Part shown: positions 36,173 to 49,539 of the stretch, piece by piece
Layout: each line of letters starts with the position of its first letter
How positions within the stretch are numbered: position 1 is the first letter of the stretch
NCBI RefSeq assembly: GCF_009834535.1
Contig: NC_045696.1
Coordinates: 118,608,001 to 118,672,000, forward strand
DNA length: 64,000 nucleotides
Origin: Camelus ferus
Lineage: Eukaryota
Reading direction: 5' to 3'
Program-made: the position numbers and the translations under genes
The notes under the pieces: model-generated
The model's input: only the letters and a program-made list of their open reading frames with translations
Databases searched by the model: none
What the model was told of the DNA's origin: nothing

Positions 36173-39100
36173 TTTTTTTTTTTTTTAAGAGAGAAATCCA
36201 CAGTCATTAATACGCTTTTTTTAAAAAACTTTTTTTATTAAGTTATAGTCATTTTACAATGTTGTGTCAAATTCGTGTAGAGCAAAATTTTTCAGTTATG
36301 CACGAACATACATACATTTATTGTCAGTTTTTTTTCTCTGTGAGCTACCACAAGATCTTGTATATATTTCCCTGTGCTATACAGTATAATCTTGTTTATC
36401 TATTCCATATATGCCTGTCAGTATCTACAAATTTTGAACTCCCAGTCTGTCCCTTCCCACTGCCTGCCTTGGCAACCACAAATTTGTATTCTATGTCTAT
36501 GAGTCTGTTTCTGTTTTGTATTTATGTTTTTTTGTTTTTTAAGATTCCACATATGAGCAATCTCATAGGGTATTTTTCTTTCTCTTTCTGGCTTACTTCA
36601 CTTAGAATGACGTTCTCCAGGAACAACCATGTTGCTGCAAACAGCGTTATGTTGTCAGTTTTTATGGCTGAGTAGTATTCCATTGTATAAATACACCACT
36701 TCTTTATCCAGTCATCTGTTGATGGACATTTAGGCTGTTTCCTATGTCTTGGCTATTGTAAATAGTGCTGCTGTGAACACTGGGGTGCAGGTGTCTTTTT
36801 GAAGTAGGGTTCCTTCTGGATATATGCCCAGGAGTGGGATTCCTGGGTCACATGGTAAGTCTGTTCCTAGTCTTTTGAGGAATCTCCATACTGTTTTCCA
36901 CAGTGGCTGCACCAAACTGCATTCCCACCAGCAGTGAAGGAGGGTCCCCTTTTCTCCACAGCCTCTCCAGCATTTGTCATTCGTGGACTTTTGAATGATA
37001 GCCATTCTGACTGGTGTGAGGTGATACCTCATTGTAGTTTTGATTTGCATTTCTCTGGTAATTAGTGATATTGAGCATTTTTTCATGTGTCTATTGATCA
37101 TTTGTATGTCTTCCTTGGAGAATTGCTTGTTTAGGTCTTCTGCCCATTTTTGGATTGGGTTGTTTTTTTTTTTTCTTATTAAGTCGTATGAGCTGTTTAT
37201 ATATTCTGGAGCTCAAGCCTTTGTCGGTTTCATTGTTTGCAAAAATTTTCTCCTATTCCATAGGTTGTCTTTTTGTTTTACTTATGGTTTCCTTTGCTGT
37301 GCAGAAGCTTGTAAGTTTAATTAGGTCCCATTTGTTTATTCTTGCTTTTATTTCAATTGCTTGGGTAGATTGCCCTAGGAGAACATTTTTGAGATGTATG
37401 TCAGATAATGTTTTGCCTGTAGTTTCTTCTAGGAGGTTTATTGTGTTTGGTCTTATGTTTAAGTCTTTGATCCATTTTGAGTTAATTTTTGTGTGTGGTG
37501 TGAGAGAGTGTTCTAGCTTCATTGCTTTACATGCTGCTGTCCAGTTTTCCCAACACCATTTGCTGAAGAGACTGTCTTTATTCCACTGTATATTCTTGCC
37601 TCCTTTGTCAAAGACTAGTTGACCGAAAGTTTGTGGGTTCATTTCTGGGCTGTCTATTCTGTTCCATTGGTCTATATGTCTGTTTTTGTACCAATACCAT
37701 GCTGTCTTGATGACTGTAGCTCTGTAGTATTGTCTGAAGTCTGGGAGAGTTATTCCTCCAGCCTCTTTCTTTTTCTTCAGTAATGCTTTGGCAATTCTAG
37801 GTCTTTTGTGGTTCCATATAAATTTTATTATGATTTGTTCTAGTTCTGTGAAATATGTCCTGGGTAATTTGATAGGGATTGCATTAAATCTGTAGATTGC
37901 CTTGGGCAGTGTGACCATTTTAACAATATTGATTCTTCCAATCCAACAGCATGGGATATCTTTCCATTTTTTAAAGTCTTCTTTAATTTCCTTCATCAAT
38001 GGTTTATAGTTCTCTGTGTATTAAGTCTTTCACCTCCTTAGTTAGATTTATTCCTAGGTATTTTATTACTTTGGGTGCTATTTTAAAGGGGATTGATTCT
38101 TTACTTTCTTTTTTCTGTTGATTCATCGTTAGTGTAAAGAAATGCAACTGATTTTTGAACGTTAATCTTGTAACCTGCTACCTTGCTGAATTCTTCGATC
38201 AGCTCTAGTAGTTTTTGTGTGGACCTTTTAGGGTTTTATATATATAATATCACGTCATCAGCATATGGTGACACTTTTACCTCTTCTTTTCCAATTTGGA
38301 TCCCTTTTATTTCTCTCTCTTGCCTGATTGCTGTGGCCAGGACTTCCAAGACTGTTGAATAGGAGTGGTGAAGGAGGGCAGCCTTGTCTTGTCCCAGATT
38401 TTAGTGGGAAGCTTTTGAGATTTTCCACCGTTGAGTACTATACTGGCTGCAGGTTTGTCATATAGAGCTTTTATGATGTTGAGATATGTTCCCTCTGTAC
38501 CCACTTTTGTGAGAGTTTTTATCATAAATGGATGTTGAATTTTATCAAATGCTTTTTCTGCATCCATTGAGATGATCATGTGGTTTTTGTCCTTTCTCTT
38601 GTTGATGTGATGTATTACATTGATTGATTTGCATATGTTGAACCACCCTTGTGTCCCTGGGATGAACCCCACTTGATCATGATGTATAATCTTTTTTTAT
38701 GTGCTGTTGGATTCTATTTGCTAATATTTTGGTGAGGATTTTTGCATCTATGTTCATCGGTGACATTGGTCTGTAATTCTCTTTTTTGGTGGTGTCTTTG
38801 CCTGGTTTTGGTATCAGGGTGATGGTGGCTTCATAGAATGAGTTTGGGATTATTCCCTCTTTTACAATCTTCTGGACGAGTTTGAGAAGGACTGGTATGA
38901 GTTCTACTTTGTATGTTTGGCAGAATTCCCCAGTGAAGCCGTCCAGTCCTGTACTTTCATTTGTAGGGAGATTTTTTTATTGCTATTTCGGTTTCATTTC
39001 TAGTGATTGGTTTGTTCAAGTGGTCAGTTTCTTCTTGATTCAGTCTTGGTGGACTGTATGTTTCCAGAAACTTGTCCATCTCCTCTGGGTTATCCATTTT

Positions 39101-39875
39101 GGTTCCATATAGTTTTTCATAATATTCATATGATATTCTGTATTTCTATGTTATTTGTTGTAATTTCTCCATTTTCCTTTCTTATTTTGCTTATTTGTGC
39201 TGTCTTTTTTCTTTGTGAGTTTGGCCAGAGGTTTGTAAATTTTACTCTTTCAAAAAACTGTCTTTGGTTTGATTTTTTCTATATTTTTTAATCTGTATTT
39301 TATTTATTTCCTCCCTGATCTTTATAATTTCCTTCCTTCTGCTGCCTTTTGTGGTTTTTTGCTCTTTTTCTAATTCTTTTAGCTGGTGGGTTAGATTGTT
39401 TATTTCAGATTGTTCTTTTTTGAGGAAGGCCTGTATCGCTATAAACTTCCCTCTTAGCACTGCCTTTGCTGCGTCCCATAAATTTTGTGTGGTTGTGTTT
39501 TCATTTTCATTAGTCTCAAGTATTTCTTAATTTCAACTTTGATTTCATCACAGACCCATTAGGTTTTTAATAGTATGCTGTTTAATCTCCATGCTTTCCA
39601 GTTTTTCTCCTTTGTTTCTCTGTAGTTGATTTGCAGTTTCATGGCATTGTGGTCAGTAAAGATGCTTGAGATAATTTCTATCTTCTTAAAATTGTTGAGG
39701 CTTCTTTTGTGCCCAAGTACATGATCAATCCTAGAAAATGTTCCATGTGCACTTGAAAAAAATGTATAGCCTATTTTTGGGGGGTGTAATGCTCTGAAAA
39801 TATACACCAACTCTAATTTTTCTATTGTATCATTTAATTTCTCTGTTGCCTTATTTATTTTCTGTCTGGAAGATC
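36173..39875 (-). mobile_element. Young 5'-truncated LINE-1 (~3.7 kb; disrupted ORF2 from late EN domain to C-terminus) with an extra 3' segment
   Basis: ORF2 pieces ([32 protein letters not shown]). TSD tggctggtgtg(tg)tctt at 36160-36174 and 39876-39892. Confidence 0.96.
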
Positions 39876-40624
39876 TGGCTGGTGTGTGTCTTGATGGTAT
39901 CCTGCTCCTCTGCCCGCCTCAGTGTATCTCGTGTCTTCCTCCAGCACAGGACAGCTGCCCAAGAACCCTCGTTCAGACTGCAGGGAGGAGGGACCATGGA
40001 AGGGAACACATGCTCCCTTGGGAGACTCCCCAGGAGTGGCAGGGGACACTGCTGCTTAATTCGCATCATCCAGAGCTTAGTCATATGCCTCAAGAACGCC
40101 CAGAAAGTGTACTCCTTATCCCAGGCAGCCAAGTGTGCAGCTAAGAATTGGGTTGGTGGTGGAAGGTCTATTAGGAGGGAAGAATGGTTATGGGAGACAG
40201 CTGTTCTCAGTCCCATTTTACAGAGGAGGACACTGAGGACAGGGTACTTATAGGTAGTCTGACTGCAGATTCACTAGTATGAATGAGTTAATGTGTGAGC
40301 ATAAAGGAACAGTTAGCTATGGTTTTATCCATGAGTCTGTTTGCAGGATTAGAAAAGAAAACAAGCAACAAGGGCAGATGTGTCTAGAAGTCGGAGCAGA
40401 CATCTGGAGGAGGTGCCGGGAGGTTCCAGTGACTGTTGAGATGGGAGGGGGAATGACCTGCCTCAGACCTCTGGGCTTGCTGGCCCAAAGGAAATAGAAA
40501 AGGGGCATTGGGCTTTGTTTTCCGAGTTCCCAGAATGCCAGGTACTGTGGTCAAGCGGGAATGAGCCACCTCTGCCCTGAGGAGCTCGTGGCCTAGGGGG
40601 GTGACACACCATCTGCTGGACCAA

Positions 40625-40935
40625 TCCAGGTGAGGCTGGGCTATGCTGCAGTAATGATGAACCCCAGAACGTCAGCTGGCAGAGATCCTCACTTGGGGAC
40701 CAGGCTGACGGAGCCTTCACCTGTGGCTGGTGGTCTAGAAGGAGAGAAGAAGGAGTCCTGGGCTGGTGCTTAGAGCTTCACGCAGACAGGACACCGTGAT
40801 CACGCCCACTCACATTCCACTGGCCATCGTGAGTCACATGGTCACACTTCACCGAAGGAGCTGGGGTATTGCAGACCTACCACATGTCCTCTCACTGGGG
40901 GCGTTTTGTGAAGGGCACGACTGACTGCCCCAGAT
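40625..40935. mobile_element. MaLR MLT1-like LTR relic
   Basis: ggctatgctgcagtaa...ctcacattccactggcca...agtcacatggtcacac. Confidence 0.5.
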
Positions 40936-41474
40936 GCACGGGATGCCTCTCAGGGTCTGGTCGCATCAGGGAGGACTTCTTGGAGGAAGTGGTGCCAAAA
41001 CTAAAAATGCAAGAATGTATACAATTAGAAACTAATTATTGCTGTTAATATTAAAATAGAAAAAAGAAAAAACTAGACTGACACTTCCTTTTTCCATCAA
41101 GCTCACTGGGAAGGAAAGTCACATTATGATCAACCTCTGGGAGCTGAATACTTTTCTAACCAGCGTGTCACCCTCACAGAACCCCTGTGAAGGAGGAACT
41201 GTTATCGCAGATGAGGAAACTGAAGCTCAGAGGGGTAGAGCAACTTGCCCCTGAACACACAGGATATAAGTACAGAGCCTGGATCCGAACTTGAGTCTGA
41301 CTCCAAGGTGTGTGTGTTTCTTGACAACCCCCACCTCCAGGGCCTTTGGGAACACGGAAGCAGAGTCAGCGAGAGTGCTGTTCATCCAGGCAAGTGGCCA
41401 AGCCATTCTGGACACAGGTCATCTGATGACAGTCATTGAGCTTGAATCTGGCTATTTGAGTGATTTGGCCAGTA

Positions 41475-41794
41475 CAGTTGTCCCTTGAGATCCATGGGGG
41501 ATTAGTTCCAGGAACCCTGCAATACCAAAATTCACGGATGCTCAAGTTTCCTATATAAAATGGCATAGTGTTTGCATACAGTCTACACACATTCTCCCAT
41601 GCTCTTTAAATCATCTCTAGATTACTTATAATACCTAATACAATGTAAATCCTATATAAATACTTGCCAGTGCGCAGTAAATTCAAGTTTTGCTTTTGGG
41701 GACGTTTGAGAATTTATTTTGAATGTTTTCCATCTGCGTTTGTCTGACTCCTTGGCCCTGGAACCCATGGATATGGGGGCAGGGGGGGCGACTA
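41475..41794. mobile_element. MER2-like TcMar-Tigger MITE
   Basis: TA|cagttgtcccttgagatccatggggga...aaatcatctctagattacttataatacctaatacaatgtaaa...acccatggata...gacta|TA. Confidence 0.8.
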
Positions 41795-42089
41795 TACAAT
41801 GCAGTAGAAGGAAGAGTGGGCCTTTTCCAAGCCTAGACCTGAGGATGCCTTGAATTGTGCTCGCTGTCTTGGACCCCTGCTGTGTCCTGAGAATAAACCT
41901 AGTCTAGCCTGGTAGGGGATGGGGCAACGTGGAGCAAAATGGAATCAGGCATTCGTCCTAGAAGCACAAGGGAGCTCCCCCAGGATCAGAACTGATATGC
42001 TGAGCCCACGGTGGACTACACATGTACGAGTAGGCTCATCCTAGACCAGCTTACCCCCAGCCAGTCTGCATGTGAGCCAAATGCGTGCC

Positions 42090-45082
42090 TGTTAACTTTT
42101 TGAAGCACCTCCATATTGTTTCCCACGGAGGCTGCACCACCGATGGACACGCCCACCAGCAGTGCAGGAGGGTTCCCTTTTCTCCGCATCCTCGCCAACT
42201 CTTGTCATCTCTTGTCTTTTTGATGATGGCCATTCTGACAGGGGTGAGGTGATATATCACTGTGGTTTAGATTTGCATTTCCCTGATGATGAGTGGTGTT
42301 GAGCATTTTGTCATGTCACTTTTGGCCATCTGTATGTCTTTTTTGGAAAAATGTCTATTCAGGTCCTTTATTCCTTTTTTATTTTGATTATCTGGTTTTT
42401 TTGCTGTTGAGTTACTTAGATATTTGGATCTTAACTTCTTATCAGAGATGTGGATTACAAAATTCTTCCCATCTTCACTCTGTTGCTGGTTCCCTTTGCC
42501 ACTGAAGAAGGATTTTAGTTGATACACTCGCATGTGTATATTTTTATTTTTGTTACCTGTGCTTTGGGGTCACATGTAAAAAATCATTACACAGGCTGAT
42601 GTCAAGAAGTTTTCCCTATATTTTCTCCTTGTTTTTTTTTTTTACAGTTGCAGGGCTTACATTTTAAGTCTTTAATCATTTTGTGTTGATTTTTTTGTAT
42701 ATATATTTTTATTGAAATATAGTCAGTTTACAATGTGTCAATTTCTGGTGTACTGCACAATGCTTCAGTCATACATGAACATACATATATTTGTTTCCAT
42801 GTTCTTTTTCACCATAAGTTAGTACAAGACATTGAATATAGTTCCCTGTGCTATATATAGTATAAACTTTTTGTTTATCTAATTATATATCAGTATCTGC
42901 AAATCTCTAACTCCCAATTTATCCCCTCCCACCCACCTCCCCTCTGGTAACCACAAGTTTGTTCTCTATGTCTGAGAGTCTGTTTCTGTTTTGCAAATAA
43001 ATTTGTTTTTTTTTTTTTAGATTCCACATATAAATTATGTCATATGGTATTTTTCTTTCGCTTTCTGGTTTATTTCACTTAGAATGACAACTCCAGGTCC
43101 ATCCATGTTGCTGCAAATGGCATTATTGTATTCTTTTTATGGCTGAGTAGTATTCTATCATATAAAAATACAACTTCTTTATGCAGTTATCTGTCAATGG
43201 ACATTTAGGTTGTTTCCATGTCTTGGCTATTGTAAATAGTGCTGCTATGAACATTGGGTTGTATATATCTTTTTAAAATAAGATTCCCTCTGGATACATC
43301 CCCAAAAGTGGGATTGCTGGATAATATGATAAGCCTATTTTTAGTTTTTTGAGGAACCTCCATACTATTTTCCACAGTGGCTGCACCAAACTATATTCCC
43401 ACCAACAGTGTAGGAGGGCTCCCTTTTCTCCACAGCCTCTCCAGCATTTGTCATTCGTGGACTTCTGAATGATGGCCATTCTGACTGGTGTGAGGTGATA
43501 TCTCATTGTAGTTTTGATTTGCATTTCTCTGATAATTAGTGATACTGAGTATTTTTTCGTATGTCTGTTGGCCATTTGTATGTCTACATTGAGGAATTGC
43601 TTGTTTAGGTCTTCTGCCCATTTTTGGATTGGACTGTTTGTTTTTTTCTTATTAAGTTGTATGAGCTATTTATATATACTGGAAATTAAGCCCTTGTCAG
43701 TCTCATCTTTAGCAAATATTTTCTCCCATTCTGTAGGTTGTCTTTTTGTTTTGCTTATGGTTTCCTTTGCTGTACAAAAGCTTGTAGGTTTAATTAGGTT
43801 ATTTTTGCTTTAATTTCTATTGCCTGAGTAGACTGCCCTAGGAGGACATTGCTGAAATTTATGTTGGATAATGTTTTGCCTGTGTTTTCTTCTAAGAGGT
43901 TTATAGCATCTTGTCTTATTTGGTTTTAAGCTATTTTGAGTGTATTTTTGTGTATGGTGTAAGGGAGTGTTCTAACTTCACTGAGTTACATGCAGCTGTC
44001 TAGTTTTCCCAACACCATTTGCTGAAGAGACTGTCTTTACTCCATTGTATGTTCTTGCTTCCTTTGTCAAAAGATTAACTGACTAAAACTTTGTGGATTT
44101 ATTTCTGGGCTTTTTGTTCTGTTGCACTGAGCCATGTCTGTTTTTGTACCAATACAATGCTGTTTTAATTACTGTAGTTCTATACCGTTGTCTGTCTGAA
44201 GTCTGGGAGTATTACTCCTCCAGTTTCATTTTTTTTCTTCAGTAATGCTTTGATAATTCTGGGTCTTTGTGATTCCATATAAATTTTAGGATTTTTTGTT
44301 CTAGTTCTGTGAAAAATGTCCTGGGTAATTTGATAGGGATGACATTAAATCTATAGGTTGCTTTGGGTGGTTTGGCCATTGTAACAATATTTATTCTTCC
44401 AATCCAAGAACATGGAATATCTTTCCATTTCTTTAAGTAATCCTTAATTTCCATTGTCAGGGTTTTATAGTTCTCTGCATATAGGTCTTTTACTTCCTTG
44501 GTCAGATTTATTCCTAAGTATTTTAATTTTTTCGATGCAATTTTAAAAGGGATTGTTTCTTTACTTTCCTTTTCTGATATTTCATTGTTAGTGTAAAGAA
44601 ATGCCACTTATTTCTGATTGTTAATCTTGTATCCTGCTACCTTGCCAAATTCTTTTATCAGCTCTAGTTCATTTTGTGTTGATTTCTGTATATGGTATGA
44701 GACAGTGGTCCAATGTCTTCTGCACACAGATGTCAAGTTTTCCTGACACCATTTACTGAAAAGATTATCTTTACTCATTTTGTATCCTTTGTACCTTTGC
44801 CAAAGATCAGTTGGCAGAAAACATGTGGATTTATTTCTGGGCTTTCTACTCTGTTCCCTTAATATGTGTGTCTGTTTTTGTGGCAATACCATATTGTTTT
44901 AATTCCTATAGCTTTGTAACATATTTCTAAGCCAGGAGGTGTGGTGTCACCAGCTTTGTTCATCTTTGTCTAGGTTGCTTTGGCTATTTGTGACTCCCTA
45001 TGAATTTGAATGTTCTTTTTTCTAGTTCTGTGAAAAATATCATTGGAATTTTGATAGGGATTGTGTTGAATCTATAGATTGA
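42090..45082 (-). mobile_element. Older LINE-1 ORF2 fragment (42090-~42695 and ~44670-45082), host of a nested younger L1
   Basis: Degenerate ORF2 ([21 protein letters not shown]). The two halves are colinear across the insertion. Confidence 0.85.
42700..44668 (-). mobile_element. Younger 5'-truncated LINE-1 (~2 kb) nested in the older L1
   Basis: Has its own 3' terminus (ttttattgaaatatagtcag) and ORF2 pieces 43273..43575 and 44239..44607. TSD tcattttgtgttgattt at 42676-42692 and 44669-44685. Confidence 0.9.
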
Positions 45083-46754
45083 ATCCTTGGGATTTCACAG
45101 TTATTAAATTATGGCACCTCGGTCAAAACTTCCAATTTAACATGCTGTTACATACCTAGAAATGTGTTTGTTGATTTGACTTTACCTTTTGCTTCACGCA
45201 GGTAACATTTAACTTACGAATGCCAGTTCCTGGTGGTTTCTGCCTCATCTCTGTCCCTGTCCTTTGAGTCAGGTGTCCAAAGTGGCCTTTGTACGTCCAG
45301 CAGCGCCACTCACTTACTGTGAGAATACACACGGTAGTTAGGCCCTTATTGTAAGAATCAGCCTACGAAGCAAGTTTTTCTCTTTCTAGAGTATTTCACA
45401 CCTCCTCTCTCAGGTATAGGAGAACACACTGTAATGTATGCAGGGCAGTTATTAATGCCCTCATTTAATAGATGGGAAAACTGGGACAGAAAGAGATGGA
45501 TCGACTTGGCCAGGGATCCTGACTCGTGGCCAAAGTGTCTTGCTCCTCTTCCTTTCACCCCTGTGCCCTTCATTCCTTCCTGAGTCAAGGAGCTTGTGAC
45601 CTTGTAGTCTCTTAATCAAGAGACAATAACATAGATACAGACAGGTGCTTTGGCTTGGGGCTTTTCTTAGGAAGTCCGGGCTAACCCTAGCTTTGAAATC
45701 CCTCAAAGGCAAGGCTCAGACATCCTCTTCAACAAACAGTAAACAAGCTGACTATAAAGGAAAATCACAGGCCGATTTAGTTGAATTTTAGTTATTGTTA
45801 TGAGAATTTACAGGATATTTGTCATCATGAAAGGCATTTATCTTCGGGCAACTAAAGCAATGAGAGAGGCATAGCCTTTCATTTTACCCACAACATTTCC
45901 TTTAATCCAATCTGACACCACACAAAAAGAATCAGTTGGAATTTACTGGCTCAGGATAATTTGTAACTCTCAGGTGGCAGCTGCCAGAAAAGCTAATTAA
46001 TTCAGATCAACTGCTGGGCTTCATTTTTATTTGGATTTTTTTTAAATGAATGAAGGTAGCAGATCAATAGCATATGTGCAGTCTGGACCCACGGTCTAAG
46101 ACACTGTCTGCCAGCTGGGTTCCCTGCCCTCCCAAGACTCCATCCCACAGAGGACTGTGCCTTTCAGATATTAGCCTGAGACATAGCTGTCTGGGCCAGG
46201 TTCCAGAGCAGGGCAACCAGGGAAGGTCTGACTTCTGAGTTCAGGCAGGTGTGGTCTCGTTGGATCCTTAATAACTGTGCGACTGTGAGCAAATTGATTC
46301 ACTAGGTAAGCTCAGTTTCCGCATCTGTAAAATGGGCCTGACACTCCCTGCTTTGCAGGCTGGGAAAGGGAATTAAATTGCAGAGTTGGGGATAGTTGGA
46401 TGGACCACTCTGTCTTCATTGTGTGATGCTGTCTTTTAGAAACCAGATTACCAAGCTCCCGGCCCTGATGGTGTTTACATTCCACCTGGGGGACACTGTC
46501 CGGACACCAGCAGGCAGGAAACCCTTGGAAGAAACAAACTAAATGAATGAGCTGGAGTGTGCGGCAGGAGATTGTGTGGCCAGGGGCACCTCGGGGACAT
46601 CAGGGTTGAGAGCGGGATGATGAGAAGGGGCCCATCTTGTGAAGTTCCTGGTGGGGACTGAGCAGGGTGAGCACCTGGAGTGCATCGGGGCGGGAGGCCC
46701 ACCCGGACACAGGCTGGGGTGGCTGGCGGCCAGGTCCCATGGGCCTGCTCTTCG

Positions 46755-46950
46755 GGGGCTGGTACACCTTTTCTGGAAAGGGCCAGATGATGAATGCCGC
46801 TGGCTCTGTGGGCCGAATAGGCTCTGTCACAATTTCTCAGTTCTGCTGTTGGAGCTGGAAGCAGCCCTAGACGTGTGCAGAGATGGGGTGTCACTGTCTT
46901 CTGATTCTTCTGATAAAATTTTATTGACAAAACCAGCTGTCCAGACCTTG
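46755..46950. mobile_element. MER58A-like hAT-Charlie element
   Basis: ttttctggaaagggccagatg...gtgggcc...tctgtcacaatttctcagttctgc...aagcagcc...ataaaattttattgacaaaa. Confidence 0.7.
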
Positions 46951-49539
46951 TTCTAAATCATGGCAAAAAGTTTGCCATTTATTCCAGGTCTGGTGGGCTG
47001 CCATGAGGCGGCATTTAACAGGGGGGTGACATGATTGCCCCACGCTGATGGCTTCAGTCTGGGGCTTCGCGCCAACAATGGGCTGAATTACAGCCGGGCC
47101 CCAGGTGCTCTGTACAGAGTCCCCGAGAGCATCGTCAGTGAGAGGACTTGATGAGGGGGAGGGGGAGGGGCAGGAGGAGAATCAGAGAAAACACAAAAAA
47201 TGTACCTTCCTTGTGTCGAAGAGGCGCCCTTCTCTCAAAGTTACACCTTGTGCGGTGAGCTGTGGCGTTTTGTTCATCATCACTGCTCTGACGTGTTCTG
47301 CTACGTGCATGTACTGCGATTTATTTCTGAGTTCTCCGGTTGGATACATAACCGGGAAACTTAGGTTCACTTCAGGTGTTGGCACCCAGAGCTGGTCCCA
47401 CTGCCAGGCCCTGGGGTCTCTGAGCCCCCCGCACCTGTGGGTTTTGGAGGCCCTCGCAGACAAGAGGGAGCAGGTGTGAGAGTGTGCGTTCCCTGGGAGC
47501 CCTGGGCCAGCGCCACTCTTTGAACGTGAGCTGATTGATTTCAGATAAATGAGCATCTACCACCTAGATTTGTGTCCAGCAAGGGTACATAGGTGGGCAT
47601 GGTGGCCAGAGTTGGGGGCACTCTTGGTGTTTGGTTCATTTGTCCCCACCAGGTTAACAGACGCAGGCTGGAAGGATCATACGTGTTGCCAGAATGTTGA
47701 TATATGGCCATCAGAGTAGAAAATAACCACTGCCTGAAATTTCTTCTCCCCACCCCCACCGCGCCAGCCAGGCCCTGTCTGGCTTAGTTACCACGTGCAT
47801 TGTAAAGAAAAAGCAAGGCTATCGGGGTGGAACTGGATAGATATATGCATGCTGTGGCTGAGGATAGACAATGTTCCTACATATTTTGGTTCGTGAGAAC
47901 TTTTATCAGTATAACAGGGAACTGTGAGTGTTTAAAAATGGGCAGAACTTATATCTGTGCCTCAGAAATAACTGTAAATAGTATTATAAATTGAAAAGAA
48001 TTCAAAGGAATAATCCCAAATATACACATATGGATAAGAATTGAGAAAAGGCTGCATTTTGGGGGCTGCCCCGGGTCCCCACCAGCCCATCTCTGCCCCT
48101 CTGGCCAAAGCAGGCCTGGTCCTGGAGGGAGGGAGGGGTTACCTGGTACTGGGGCTCACAACTGACCTGCAGGCTGTGACCCCCCAGTTCCTCAAGGCCA
48201 GGGGCACCTCACGGCACCCACAATGCTCTGTGCCAGTTGTCAACCATTTGTCACATCACGTCTGCCTCCCTTCACCTCTTTTCTGCCTCAGACAGTGGGA
48301 GCGGGAGCTGCTTTGATGGCTAACTGTGATCGCTGGGAAAGCGCTGTGAACAGGAGGAGGAATGAGACTCTTAACGGAGGTGGTGCTGGGGACGGTGGTA
48401 GTCAACGTTTCCTCCGCTCTGAAGGGGTCCCAGCCACCATTCAAAGCAAGTCCTCACAGTGTCCCTCTGGGGTAGGTGCTGCAGCGACTTCTGTGTCACA
48501 GATGCAGAAACTAAAGTCAGTTAAATTGCCCGGGGCCACACAGTCAGCTGATGGCCAAGCTGGGACTCAAGCCCAGGCTGTCTGACTCCAACGTCTAGAA
48601 AGCCAAAGGGAAGAGGAGCGAGTGCCCGCAGTGCCTTGTGCGTGTGTCTCTGCTGCTCCCGGAGGGTGGGAGCAGCGTGTGAAGGAGACAGCCTGTAACC
48701 TGAGCAGGGGCACCAAACACCGTCTTAACTGCCTATCTTGGCTCATCAGTGTCCTTTATTTCTCTTCTTCCTGTGTTTTTAAAATCTGTGTTTTTTAAAT
48801 CTGAAAATGGTCTTACGTAGGAGACTTTGGCGATCCCAGGCGACGCTTCTGTGCAGCAGGGGAGGGAGGCAGCCCATGCAGGTGAGGGAGTGGGTGGAGA
48901 GGGCCTCGCTGCTCCTGGTCCAGGGAAAACCCAGGCACTGGCAGGATGTGTGCCCCCCAAGCCATGGCTCTGGGCATCCAGGGTCTCTGCCATCTCTCTC
49001 GGGCTCATGGATGAGCTGGGACCTTGCGTGGGGGCGTGTCCACACGGGGCCCCATGGGGACGAAGCCTGGTTGGGGACAGAGCCCTCGTGTTTTGCTGGG
49101 CAGCTGGGCTGCTGCTGCTGGCAGTTTTGAAATATGGCCACTGACCTTTCGACTTTCCTCCCGTGGAGAGGCTGGGTCCACACCCCTTCCCCTGGAGCCT
49201 GCTTGGGCCTGTGACTCCTTCAAGGCGTGGATCAGGCGGGAGTACTTACTGACCGCTGTGCGGGGTCCTGAGGCAAGGCTGTACACGGCCCCGCAGCTTC
49301 TGCCTTGTCACCTGGGGACGCTCCCTGCTGGAGCCTGGGGGGTCTGACCTCCTGGAATCTAGAGATTTCCTCTCCACCCCGGGATGCCCCATTCCTCACA
49401 GCAGAGTCACCCAGCTCCATAAGAAGAAGGAATGAGGTCTTGTCAAGGTGGCTCACAGCTGTCCTGGGTCCTCTGTGCTCTTCCTCCGCCCCCTCCCCAG
49501 CTGTTCTCGTCACCTCCCTCAGCAGGACGTCCCAGGTAC

